From IMG/VR virus record IMGVR_UViG_3300044729_001198, positions 96,001 to 160,000 of that record: a stretch of DNA of 64,000 nucleotides. The stretch is one strand, 5' to 3'. A program made the translations under genes and the position numbers. Positions 16,511 to 24,107 of the stretch are shown here, one piece after another (the stretch's first letter is position 1; each line of letters starts with the position of its first letter). Below the pieces are notes generated by a model. The model was not told the DNA's origin, did not search any database, and saw nothing but the letters and a program-made list of their open reading frames with translations. The DNA is from a virus.

Positions 16511-18412
16511 TTAATATTTCATGATTTTATAGAATTTTGTTTTAGTATCAGTTGACATCATTAACACATACACACCGGTAGGTAATTTTGTCAAATCATA
16601 CTTGGTGCTTGTAACACCACCTTGGTTGATAACTTCATTATGTTGTAACAACCGACCATCAAGTGTAAACAATCCACTTGATAATTTGTGTTGTTCAGCC
16701 ATGTAGTAATCAACCAAGATATAATCGGTGGCTGGGTTAGGGAATGTTCTGAAACCATCTACTAACTCATCCAACAATTCACTCTTACCTCTTCTATAAA
16801 CAACAGTAGCGTCTACAGGAGTTTTGATGATATTTAAGTCATCTGCGTTTTCATCACCAGCTGCTTTTGAGAATACACGAATGGGACTCTCTTCCCAATT
16901 GGTTGATTTAATTTTAAATTTGAAACTAAATACGTTGGTTACGCCGGTAACAAGAGCGGGGTCCATTTGTGATTCATGACCACCCCATAAGATTTTACCA
17001 TCTTGATTAGACAAGAATGATGTCCAACGACTCATAGTCTCACCCATATCCAATGATTCGAATTCAAAAATGTTAGTATCAAACTCAAGACCAATTTGTG
17101 CAGCACCAATTGAATTACCATGAGTAACTAAAGTTACAGGAATTGTAGCGGTGTTATCAGCAGATACGTTTAATTTAGGAATTACAAACTGAACTGAATC
17201 ATCAATGTGTTCAATCATTCGCTGTTGGTCGAGAACGTATTGAGTTCCAGTTCCACCTTGAGCAATTCTGGCAACCAAGTAAGATGTTGTGTTGTAACCA
17301 GTAGATGTAACATCACCTAATACATAAGAATGGTATTGTAATGAATCTAATCCATTAATTACTTTATCAATTGTGTATACACCAACCTTTGATGTTAAGA
17401 ATGTACTTGAATTTGATACGATTGAATCATATTCAGTCTTTCTCAATAATTTAACGTTATATTCACCTGATACAAGATTGTTCCAAGTCGTATCCATTTT
17501 GGCTAATCTATTGAAAACCAAGAATGCGTCAGATGTAGTCAAAGTTCCATTTCGGTTTACGTCACCTTCTTGATACTCATAAGAAGCTGCAGTATCAGAT
17601 TGTACTGAAATGTCAGCCAATCTATATGCATCTACAATAGATATAGCTGAACCATCTTTTAGAGAGTCGGTAGCGATTGTCAATTTAACATTGTAATATG
17701 AAGTGTCATATGGAATCACCACGTTTACTTTACCAGTAGAATCGGTTCTGAACGATGTTCCGGCTAACCAAGTAGAAGATGCTTTTTTCTTGTAGTGGTA
17801 TTTGGCGGTAATCCCTTTAGTTCCATTGTTTTGAACGTTTTTAACAATGAATGGGAATTTCAATTCCGGTTGTAAGAAAGCACCACCATAAGAATACATA
17901 CCCAAAGTTACGTCAATACCGGCACTTGTGGTAGCCAAGTTATTATATGTTGTAGTACCAATCAACTCAAGTGAATCTACAGTAGCAGGGTCAAAGGTTG
18001 ATTTATGAGGTAACTTAACCATGAAAATAGCACCATTGGACCATCCGAACGTAGTCGAGTTTCCGGTGTAAATCAAGTTAACGTTAACCCAGTTTGATGA
18101 TGAGTAGTATGCACCATACTTTGAACTAACAGCAGTTGCTACAGGCCCCCACTTTACGATAGGAGTTTTGAAGTTAGCATTATCATAGAAGAATCTAACC
18201 TGAATACCTGTAATTTTATTTGAGGTTGGGTTATTGAAGTGTAAATAGATAACAGTTGTATCTTCAAGTTTAGAACCTTGAACGAACGTGGTATCAACCA
18301 AGAAATATGGAGAGCTCGAAGCGGGGGCAGGGAGAACTTCGTTCTTACCATTCTGCCCAAACGCTGACACACTCACCCATATTGTAGTTAACAATACGAG
18401 TAATTTTTTCAT
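16511..18412 (-). CDS. T9SS type-A CTD protein with two cohesin-like domains and a dockerin-like repeat
   Basis: Signal peptide MKKLLVLL...; cohesin-like ITGIQVRFFYD and IPVTL...IGAAQIGLEFD; GDVNRNGTLTTSD; C-terminal FPNPA...LFTLDGR...DLTKLPTGVYVL...KIMK. Confidence 0.85.
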   Translation of the reverse strand: MKKLLVLLTTIWVSVSAFGQNGKNEVLPAPASSSPYFLVDTTFVQGSKLEDTTVIYLHFNNPTSNKITGIQVRFFYDNANFKTPIVKWGPVATAVSSKYGAYYSSSNWVNVNLIYTGNSTTFGWSNGAIFMVKLPHKSTFDPATVDSLELIGTTTYNNLATTSAGIDVTLGMYSYGGAFLQPELKFPFIVKNVQNNGTKGITAKYHYKKKASSTWLAGTSFRTDSTGKVNVVIPYDTSYYNVKLTIATDSLKDGSAISIVDAYRLADISVQSDTAASYEYQEGDVNRNGTLTTSDAFLVFNRLAKMDTTWNNLVSGEYNVKLLRKTEYDSIVSNSSTFLTSKVGVYTIDKVINGLDSLQYHSYVLGDVTSTGYNTTSYLVARIAQGGTGTQYVLDQQRMIEHIDDSVQFVIPKLNVSADNTATIPVTLVTHGNSIGAAQIGLEFDTNIFEFESLDMGETMSRWTSFLSNQDGKILWGGHESQMDPALVTGVTNVFSFKFKIKSTNWEESPIRVFSKAAGDENADDLNIIKTPVDATVVYRRGKSELLDELVDGFRTFPNPATDYILVDYYMAEQHKLSSGLFTLDGRLLQHNEVINQGGVTSTKYDLTKLPTGVYVLMMSTDTKTKFYKIMKY

Positions 18413-18416
18413 GAAA

Positions 18417-18665
18417 TTATCCCTCTGATTCTTCGTTGTTCTTTTTACCACCGAAAATCTTACCAGCTTCAGCGATACCAAAAGCACCCAAGGTAATCAT
18501 TACGAACGAATTAAAAATCGTGTCGCTAATGATGAGTTGATTACCCATAATACCTGTTACGATGTCAGCTCCGGCGAAAATAGCCATTACTGTGAATGAT
18601 AGAAAACCTACGATAGTCTTCTCGTTAAAATCATTTTTGTCTTTGAAAATGTCCCAAAATGCCAT
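18417..18665 (-). CDS. Small 2-TM membrane protein (holin-like)
   Basis: 82 aa, two hydrophobic helices and a charged C-terminal tail. Confidence 0.55.
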   Translation of the reverse strand: MAFWDIFKDKNDFNEKTIVGFLSFTVMAIFAGADIVTGIMGNQLIISDTIFNSFVMITLGAFGIAEAGKIFGGKKNNEESEG

Positions 18666-18717
18666 AGTTGTTTCTCCTTTATTAACGGCTACATAACAAT
18701 TCCAAAACTAATTCCAA

Positions 18718-18725
18718 TATAAATA
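18718..18725 (-). promoter_or_regulatory. TATTTATA motif heading the envelope operon
   Basis: Lies just downstream of a terminator and upstream of the gene starting at 18665. Confidence 0.55.
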
Positions 18726-18734
18726 TATCAATAT

Positions 18735-18765
18735 AAAAAGAAACCCTCCTTGTTAGGGGAGGGTT
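18735..18765 (-). terminator. Rho-independent terminator after the lysin genes
   Basis: 8-bp stem AACCCTCC/GGAGGGTT followed by TCTTTTT on the minus strand. Confidence 0.8.
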
Positions 18766-18789
18766 CTTACTATGTTTAATTTTCGATGA

Positions 18790-19389
18790 TTAAACGATAT
18801 CTTTAGATTCAATCAATGTATAAGTGAATGACTTACCATGAATTGCTCCAGCTTTTCTACAAATAGCCATAAACTCTTCAAAGTCAGCCGCTCTTTTGAA
18901 TACTTGACATCCTTCGGACCAGTTTTCTACATAAGTAGAATCAGCACCTGCCTTGTGGATGTTGATACCAAATACACCTTCTTGAATTTTAGTCTCATCA
19001 TAGTTCATGTCACGGTTTGCGTCACGATAAACTTTTACGGGCTTTTGTTGTTTCAATGCTTCGTACTTACCTTGGTGTAATCCCAAAGTATGTGAACCAC
19101 GATATTGACCAGGAACCAAACGAGCTACACCAGCAGCGTTATGATATTCCTTAACACCTTTAGTTCCAGGATCGGTAGTGTTTACCCATTCTTTGTAAAC
19201 CCAAACACCATTTTCTTTGTAAGATACTGAAATAGCATCATCAAATGCGTTAGTAACTTTAGTTCCGGTAGCAGAGTTTCTGATACCAATGATGTTCAAA
19301 TCGAACCCTTTGTTAGAGGCGTCTTCGAACCACACATAACCTTTAGCTTTTACAGCTTTTTCAATTTGTTCTTTTGTGTACTTTGCCAT
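18790..19389 (-). CDS. Putative peptidoglycan enzyme, L,D-transpeptidase (YkuD)-like
   Basis: GINIHKAG...NWSEGCQVF (His...S-x-G-C catalytic pattern); adjacent to the GH19 gene. Confidence 0.65.
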   Translation of the reverse strand: MAKYTKEQIEKAVKAKGYVWFEDASNKGFDLNIIGIRNSATGTKVTNAFDDAISVSYKENGVWVYKEWVNTTDPGTKGVKEYHNAAGVARLVPGQYRGSHTLGLHQGKYEALKQQKPVKVYRDANRDMNYDETKIQEGVFGINIHKAGADSTYVENWSEGCQVFKRAADFEEFMAICRKAGAIHGKSFTYTLIESKDIV

Positions 19390-19402
19390 TTTATTAGTCT
19401 CC

Positions 19403-20014
19403 TTATTTTAGCCACCCATAATACTTGAGTGTTTTTTCCTCACGGTCGGCTAACCCATGAGTTCCACCATTAATTCTTTTTGTCAATGCAAGAATGGTAT
19501 CTTTATTAACACCCTTATCACAAATATCCCATAATTTATTTCTCTCAAAGAAAAACAAAGCAGATTCAAAAGCAAGTTCATTTGCTACTAAATCAGGTGT
19601 TGTAATGATTTCGGGTTTGTTTAAATATTTTGAGAACGCTTCGTAGTTAGCTTTACCAGTTAATTGTAGAGCTCCTCTACCACGATATTTCCAACCATCA
19701 CCTGATGCTTCATTACCATTACCCATTCGGTCAGCATATACTCGATTAGCAATCTTTTCAGGTTGTCTAGCATATGATTCTTCTAAATTTCCAGGAAAAT
19801 ACTTACCAAAGATTCCTTGTAATCCTTGAGCTGAATAATTTAGATTTTCAGAGAATGCTTTAAATCCACCAGTCTCATGTGATGTTTGAGCAAAGAAATG
19901 TGCCGCTCTTTCGGGTGTAAACTTGTAGTATGTCATAGCTGCTTTTAAAGTTCCGGGCCCAAAAGCACCATCAGCATTTACACCAATTTTAGTTTGTAAC
20001 GATTTTAAACTCAT
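19403..20014 (-). CDS. GH19-family endolysin
   Basis: AHFFAQTSHETGGF, ENLNYS, DGWKYRGRGALQLTGKANY, INGG; N-terminal ADGAFGPGT peptidoglycan-binding-like motif. Confidence 0.9.
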   Translation of the reverse strand: MSLKSLQTKIGVNADGAFGPGTLKAAMTYYKFTPERAAHFFAQTSHETGGFKAFSENLNYSAQGLQGIFGKYFPGNLEESYARQPEKIANRVYADRMGNGNEASGDGWKYRGRGALQLTGKANYEAFSKYLNKPEIITTPDLVANELAFESALFFFERNKLWDICDKGVNKDTILALTKRINGGTHGLADREEKTLKYYGWLK

Positions 20015-20031
20015 AGAACTCCTATTTTAGA

Positions 20032-20039
20032 AATAAATA
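20032..20039 (-). promoter_or_regulatory. TATTTATT motif upstream of the endolysin
   Basis: Intergenic, upstream of the AGGAG RBS. Confidence 0.5.
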
Positions 20040-20049
20040 TGTTAATATC

Positions 20050-20619
20050 TTATCTTTCGATTTGTTTTAATTTTAATATATTCAATTTTGGACGAGATGG
20101 TAATGCTATATCAGTTTGCCAGTTTAATGGTGGTTCTTTATCATTTTTATCATCTCTATTACAATCCGGTGTCATTTTATAAAATAATAAATCACCATTG
20201 GAATCATTTTTTCTAACAACATAATCTGATAAATCTACAGCAACTACCGATTGTTGTTGATATGAGTAATATAACCAAGAACCTTCAACTGCTCTTTTAT
20301 ACAACCACTCTGAAATAGTATCAAGTCTATCAACTCTTTCTATTTCCTTATCTATGATTGTATTGTATTCAATTACTCTATTTGTATAATATATCAACAA
20401 GGTATCTCGGATTGATATTATAGAATCTTTAACTCTCGTGTCAGCTTTATACTTTGCTATTTTAGCTTTTTGACTTTCAAATATAGAATTAATTGTATCA
20501 GCTTGACCCTTTGTCAAAATAACAAAAGTATCACCATCAATTACCTTCTGAATCGGGTAACTTGATTGGCTGAAACTCAAATTCCCTACCATTATTAATG
20601 CTATTAACAGTCCTCTCAT
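20050..20619 (-). CDS. Exported hypothetical protein (possible lysis accessory)
   Basis: Signal peptide without a lipobox; overlaps the upstream gene by 83 nt. Confidence 0.55.
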   Translation of the reverse strand: MRGLLIALIMVGNLSFSQSSYPIQKVIDGDTFVILTKGQADTINSIFESQKAKIAKYKADTRVKDSIISIRDTLLIYYTNRVIEYNTIIDKEIERVDRLDTISEWLYKRAVEGSWLYYSYQQQSVVAVDLSDYVVRKNDSNGDLLFYKMTPDCNRDDKNDKEPPLNWQTDIALPSRPKLNILKLKQIER

Positions 20620-20914
20620 CTTTCAATTCTTTCTTAATGTTTTTAACAACAGACTTGGTACTATCTAAATCCCCAATAACCTCGGATACCATGGTTTCGA
20701 GGTTTTGTTTTTCTTCTACAAGTTCTTCATTTTGAGTTTCTAATTTAGAAACAGTACTACGCAATGATTTATTTGCTGTGGTTAATTGTTTATTCTCATC
20801 GGTGAGTTGTACGTTTTCTTCAACAACGACAACGTGACCATGACCACTTGAAAATATTTGTAAACAAACCAATGCTACAAATGCTGTGATTACTATGAGT
20901 ATCTTTCTTTTCAT
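20537..20914 (-). CDS. N-anchored coiled-coil protein (i-spanin-like architecture)
   Basis: N-terminal TM followed by a long heptad region. Confidence 0.5.
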   Translation of the reverse strand: MKRKILIVITAFVALVCLQIFSSGHGHVVVVEENVQLTDENKQLTTANKSLRSTVSKLETQNEELVEEKQNLETMVSEVIGDLDSTKSVVKNIKKELKDERTVNSINNGREFEFQPIKLPDSEGN

Positions 20915-21156
20915 TTTTTACCACTTAAAAACATGATAACGATTTCTTTTAAACTTTTAGAGTTTTCGGTACTTTCGGTCAATTTCTCTTCCAATGAATC
21001 ACGATATTCCTCTTCCAAGTATTCTACTCGTTTTCTATACTCTTCTTCACTCTGCATTAGTTTGTTTAAAAACACCCAACACAAATAACCCAATCCTAAA
21101 ACGGCAAAACCCAATACTCCATATTGAGTTAATACTTCAAACGGACCAAAAGACAT
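20911..21156 (-). CDS. Single-TM holin-like protein A
   Basis: FGPFEVLTQYGVLGFAVLGLGYLCWVFL plus an acidic coiled coil. Confidence 0.55.
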   Translation of the reverse strand: MSFGPFEVLTQYGVLGFAVLGLGYLCWVFLNKLMQSEEEYRKRVEYLEEEYRDSLEEKLTESTENSKSLKEIVIMFLSGKK

Positions 21157-21344
21157 TATTTCTTACGTTTCTTTGTATTATTTAATTCTTCTTTTAGTCT
21201 GTCTTTTTCAGCCCACTGGCGTTTTAAAAACATCCAAGCTACATACCCAAGCGCAAGTACAGCTAATCCTAACGGACCGTAATCACCCAATTGATTAAAT
21301 ACACCAAAATCAGGTACGGCCGGTTGTACTGAAGTTGTATCCAT
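21156..21344 (-). CDS. Single-TM holin-like protein B (paralog of A)
   Basis: FGVFNQLGDYGPLGLAVLALGYVAWMFL plus a basic tail. Confidence 0.55.
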   Translation of the reverse strand: MDTTSVQPAVPDFGVFNQLGDYGPLGLAVLALGYVAWMFLKRQWAEKDRLKEELNNTKKRKK

Positions 21345-21366
21345 CGTACTCCTTTATAAAATATAT

Positions 21367-21387
21367 GCAGCCACAATATGTGGCCGC
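21367..21387. terminator. GC-rich hairpin after the two-component operon
   Basis: GCAGCCACA-ATA-TGTGGCCGC, followed on the minus strand by ATATATTTTATA; only a weak U-tract. Confidence 0.4.
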
Positions 21388-21411
21388 TTCTGACTATTCT
21401 AATATAATAAT

Positions 21412-21990
21412 TTACTCTTTCGAGTTACCATTGTCGGTAGCATATTTAACACCCATAATAGTACCAACTATTGAAAATGCATTTGTCAAAAGAATACCAA
21501 ACATATTGCTCCATGTAGAACCTATGATTTGCGTATCTTGACCAGCCATCATTGCTATAGCGTACATTACCGATGTAATTACACCCACCCCAATTATCAC
21601 AAATAAAGCAACCCTAACAATCGTACCTATTAATTCAAATTGAGTTCGTTTTTGCATTATATCAAGGTCATCGAGTGCTTTGTCTTTAGCTTGTTCAGCT
21701 TGACTTCTTAACATTTCAGACTCATCTAATGCAACTCTCAACTCTTCCATCAATTTAGACGTGTTAGCCGCTGCTACTTCTAATTCTTTATTTTGTTGTT
21801 GTACTTGTTTTGTTACTTCTAGTCTCTTTTTACGAGAAGAAACATCTCTAACAATACAATCTTTTAGATAGGTTTCAAACTCAACATCACCGGCTTCGGC
21901 TTGTAGAATCTTTAATATATTACCCTCAAGATATATTTTCTTTTTGGATAATTCTAATAACCCATCTCTCGTAACTTTTCCAACAACCAT
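21412..21990 (-). CDS. Coiled-coil protein with two C-terminal TM helices
   Basis: 192 aa; starts 2 nt after the response-regulator stop. Confidence 0.7.
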   Translation of the reverse strand: MVVGKVTRDGLLELSKKKIYLEGNILKILQAEAGDVEFETYLKDCIVRDVSSRKKRLEVTKQVQQQNKELEVAAANTSKLMEELRVALDESEMLRSQAEQAKDKALDDLDIMQKRTQFELIGTIVRVALFVIIGVGVITSVMYAIAMMAGQDTQIIGSTWSNMFGILLTNAFSIVGTIMGVKYATDNGNSKE

Positions 21991-21992
21991 TT

Positions 21993-22430
21993 TTATTTAT
22001 ATATTTTAAACGGGGCTGTTTTATTTCGATACCCCTCATAGTCTTTTTTAAACTCAATTAAACGTGGTTCAATGTCATCTGATTTTATAATCCAAAACTG
22101 AGCACCAACTTTTTTTGCCTTTTCGATTTCTTCAATATCCTCTGATGATGATATGATACCAATCACACACCCATTACCATATTCATAGTTTATTTTACGA
22201 ATCATCTCAATACCATCAAAAGATGACCCGATGATGTTCAAATCAACAAACACACATTCAGGTCTTTCATGATTCACGTCATCAGGAAACCACTCCTTGA
22301 ATTTTTTATCAGCTTCATCAGATGAATCTAACGCTTCCATTGAAAGCGCTATATCAAGCAATGAACAAGCATCCTCGAATACGAGATGAAATAAATTTTC
22401 GTCATCAATTAACATTAAAGATTGAATCAT
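21993..22430 (-). CDS. Single-domain response regulator (CheY-like receiver)
   Basis: LMLIDDE, phosphoacceptor VFVDLN, DGIEMIRKI, IISSS, WIIKS; no output domain. Confidence 0.9.
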   Translation of the reverse strand: MIQSLMLIDDENLFHLVFEDACSLLDIALSMEALDSSDEADKKFKEWFPDDVNHERPECVFVDLNIIGSSFDGIEMIRKINYEYGNGCVIGIISSSEDIEEIEKAKKVGAQFWIIKSDDIEPRLIEFKKDYEGYRNKTAPFKIYK

Positions 22431-23323
22431 ACCCTTACCATTAGTTTTGTTCCACAATCAGTCTTATAAGCTCTTATTTTAAAGCCGTGTTCTTTTAATA
22501 TTTCAGTACATATATTCAACCCCAATCCAGTTCCACTTTCTACCTGACCTTCTTTTCTCTGATAAGGTTGTGATAATATGTCAAACTCGTCTTGGGTCAT
22601 ACCTCTACCATTGTCCTCTATAACTATGTAGGACTTACCATCTTCGGTTGATTCTTTGTATATTTTTACCCACTTTGTTGGTGAATCATTATACTTTAAT
22701 CCATTTCTAATTAGATTATCAATAGCAGTACAAAATAAAGCTTCATTTACATCTATGGTTGGTAAATTACTATCAAGTATAACTTGGTTTTTATAAGCGG
22801 TAAGTCTTAAATAATCTTCTAATATATGTTTAATATCACAAGTGGTTTTTGTTAGTTGTGAATTTTGTTTTACAAGATTTGTAAACTCATATACCCCAGC
22901 ATATACCTTTTGAGCATGATGTAACCCATCTTCCACTAATTGTAGTGGAGCCCCAATTCCAAGTTCTTTGATTTTGTCGTCATCAAGTCTACGTCTTAAA
23001 GACTTAACACCACGAGGTAAGTAAGTGTTAATACCGCTATGCATATCATGTCTGATTATCTTTGCGGCGTGTTCAAGATATATATTTTTCTTTTTAAGGT
23101 CATTTGATGTAGTTTGTTTATTTCGTAAGAATTCCATAACCACCATGAAAAAGGGTGGCATAAACGCAATTACACATGAGTATCCAAATACGGCTAGTTC
23201 ATATGAATTTTTACAAATTCCAAAAACAATACATGATTGTACAGCGAAGAACGTAAACATAATCACAGCAGCTACTAAAAGTGCTACTCGTGACCTAACT
23301 GATATTCCATCGAGAGCCGACAC
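22427..23323 (-). CDS. Membrane sensor histidine kinase
   Basis: Two TMs with a tiny loop; H-box IIRHDMHS, N-box DNLIRNGLKYN, G1 IEDNGRGM, G2 GTGLGLNI. Confidence 0.92.
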   Translation of the reverse strand: MSALDGISVRSRVALLVAAVIMFTFFAVQSCIVFGICKNSYELAVFGYSCVIAFMPPFFMVVMEFLRNKQTTSNDLKKKNIYLEHAAKIIRHDMHSGINTYLPRGVKSLRRRLDDDKIKELGIGAPLQLVEDGLHHAQKVYAGVYEFTNLVKQNSQLTKTTCDIKHILEDYLRLTAYKNQVILDSNLPTIDVNEALFCTAIDNLIRNGLKYNDSPTKWVKIYKESTEDGKSYIVIEDNGRGMTQDEFDILSQPYQRKEGQVESGTGLGLNICTEILKEHGFKIRAYKTDCGTKLMVRV

Positions 23324-23324
23324 G

Positions 23325-23513
23325 TCATAGCTCCGACTTTTTGAATCCTATTTTTTCAAAAATCCACTTTGATGGACATACCTTGGTCCAAACTCCAGCT
23401 TGTAGCATTATCACTACAAATAAAACAACATACCAATTGCTCAACAAAATTGATGTCAACAATACAAGTGACATTAACAAGTATACGGCTCTAACCGATG
23501 TCCAATGTTTCAT
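23325..23513 (-). CDS. DUF2892/YgaP-like small membrane protein
   Basis: Two TMs then VCPSKWIFEKIG (CP...G motif); start at MKHWTS, ATGA-coupled. Confidence 0.6.
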   Translation of the reverse strand: MKHWTSVRAVYLLMSLVLLTSILLSNWYVVLFVVIMLQAGVWTKVCPSKWIFEKIGFKKSEL

Positions 23514-23617
23514 AGGGCTCCAATTGTAGCAAAAAATGCTACCTTTAATCGAATCCAAAACCGTGTCTTCCAAGGTAGTGCTTTGAATTCGGGTGTATTA
23601 AATGATTCTTCTATCAT
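23510..23617 (-). CDS. 35-aa peptide heading the two-component operon (not in ORF track)
   Basis: MIEESFNTPEFKALPWKTRFWIRLKVAFFATIGAL; 3 nt after TATTTATT and coupled to the DUF2892-like gene. Confidence 0.55.
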   Translation of the reverse strand: MIEESFNTPEFKALPWKTRFWIRLKVAFFATIGAL

Positions 23618-23620
23618 AAG

Positions 23621-23628
23621 AATAAATA
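23621..23628 (-). promoter_or_regulatory. TATTTATT motif heading the two-component operon
   Basis: Ends 3 nt before the ATG at 23617. Confidence 0.55.
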
Positions 23629-23814
23629 TTAAGCTATCTCTAAAAAGTCAAGTGGTATATCCCATTCGATTCCAAATGGGTCTTCTATCCTACCTTCTTG
23701 CTTTTGTTCGTTTACTGATATGAGAGTCACCTTTTCTCCCACTATCAGACTTCCCCGATGATTCGAGTATGTCTTCTTTAACTTTATTTTTCTTTTTGGG
23801 TTTAAATTTTTCAT
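23629..23814 (-). CDS. Small beta-rich hypothetical protein
   Basis: ORF from MKNLNP. Confidence 0.5.
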   Translation of the reverse strand: MKNLNPKRKIKLKKTYSNHRGSLIVGEKVTLISVNEQKQEGRIEDPFGIEWDIPLDFLEIA

Positions 23815-23861
23815 AACCAGCGTGTTGAATTTCACTAAAATCGAATTGATTAACATTAAGT

Positions 23862-24107
23862 TTAGCCATGTCGGATTACTTTCAGCTTTTTAATAACGTC
23901 CAAGAATTCTTCTACGGAATAAGATTTGTTTTTTTCATCTTTTATAACCACCGCTTCAAGGGTGTCTGGATATTTCTCTACCAATCGGATTAATATTTCA
24001 AAACCATGTTCGGCCCAAAAATTCTTAAACGATACTTCTCCTAATATGTTGGTTGAGTAATCAACATCTTTCTCGGTATCATCTGGTAGTAATATAAAAT
24101 ATCTCAT
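23862..24107 (-). CDS. Hypothetical phage protein (81 aa)
   Basis: ATGA-coupled to the upstream glycosyltransferase. Confidence 0.6.
   Translation of the reverse strand: MRYFILLPDDTEKDVDYSTNILGEVSFKNFWAEHGFEILIRLVEKYPDTLEAVVIKDEKNKSYSVEEFLDVIKKLKVIRHG

Noticed and set aside
11840-18665. Canonical curli operon
   Set aside because: No CsgA/CsgB repeat proteins or recognisable CsgE/CsgF; only the CsgG-like channel is present.
20050-20619. Thermonuclease (KVIDGDT motif) or classical o-spanin
   Set aside because: The remainder lacks SNase catalytic motifs, and the signal peptide has no lipobox Cys.
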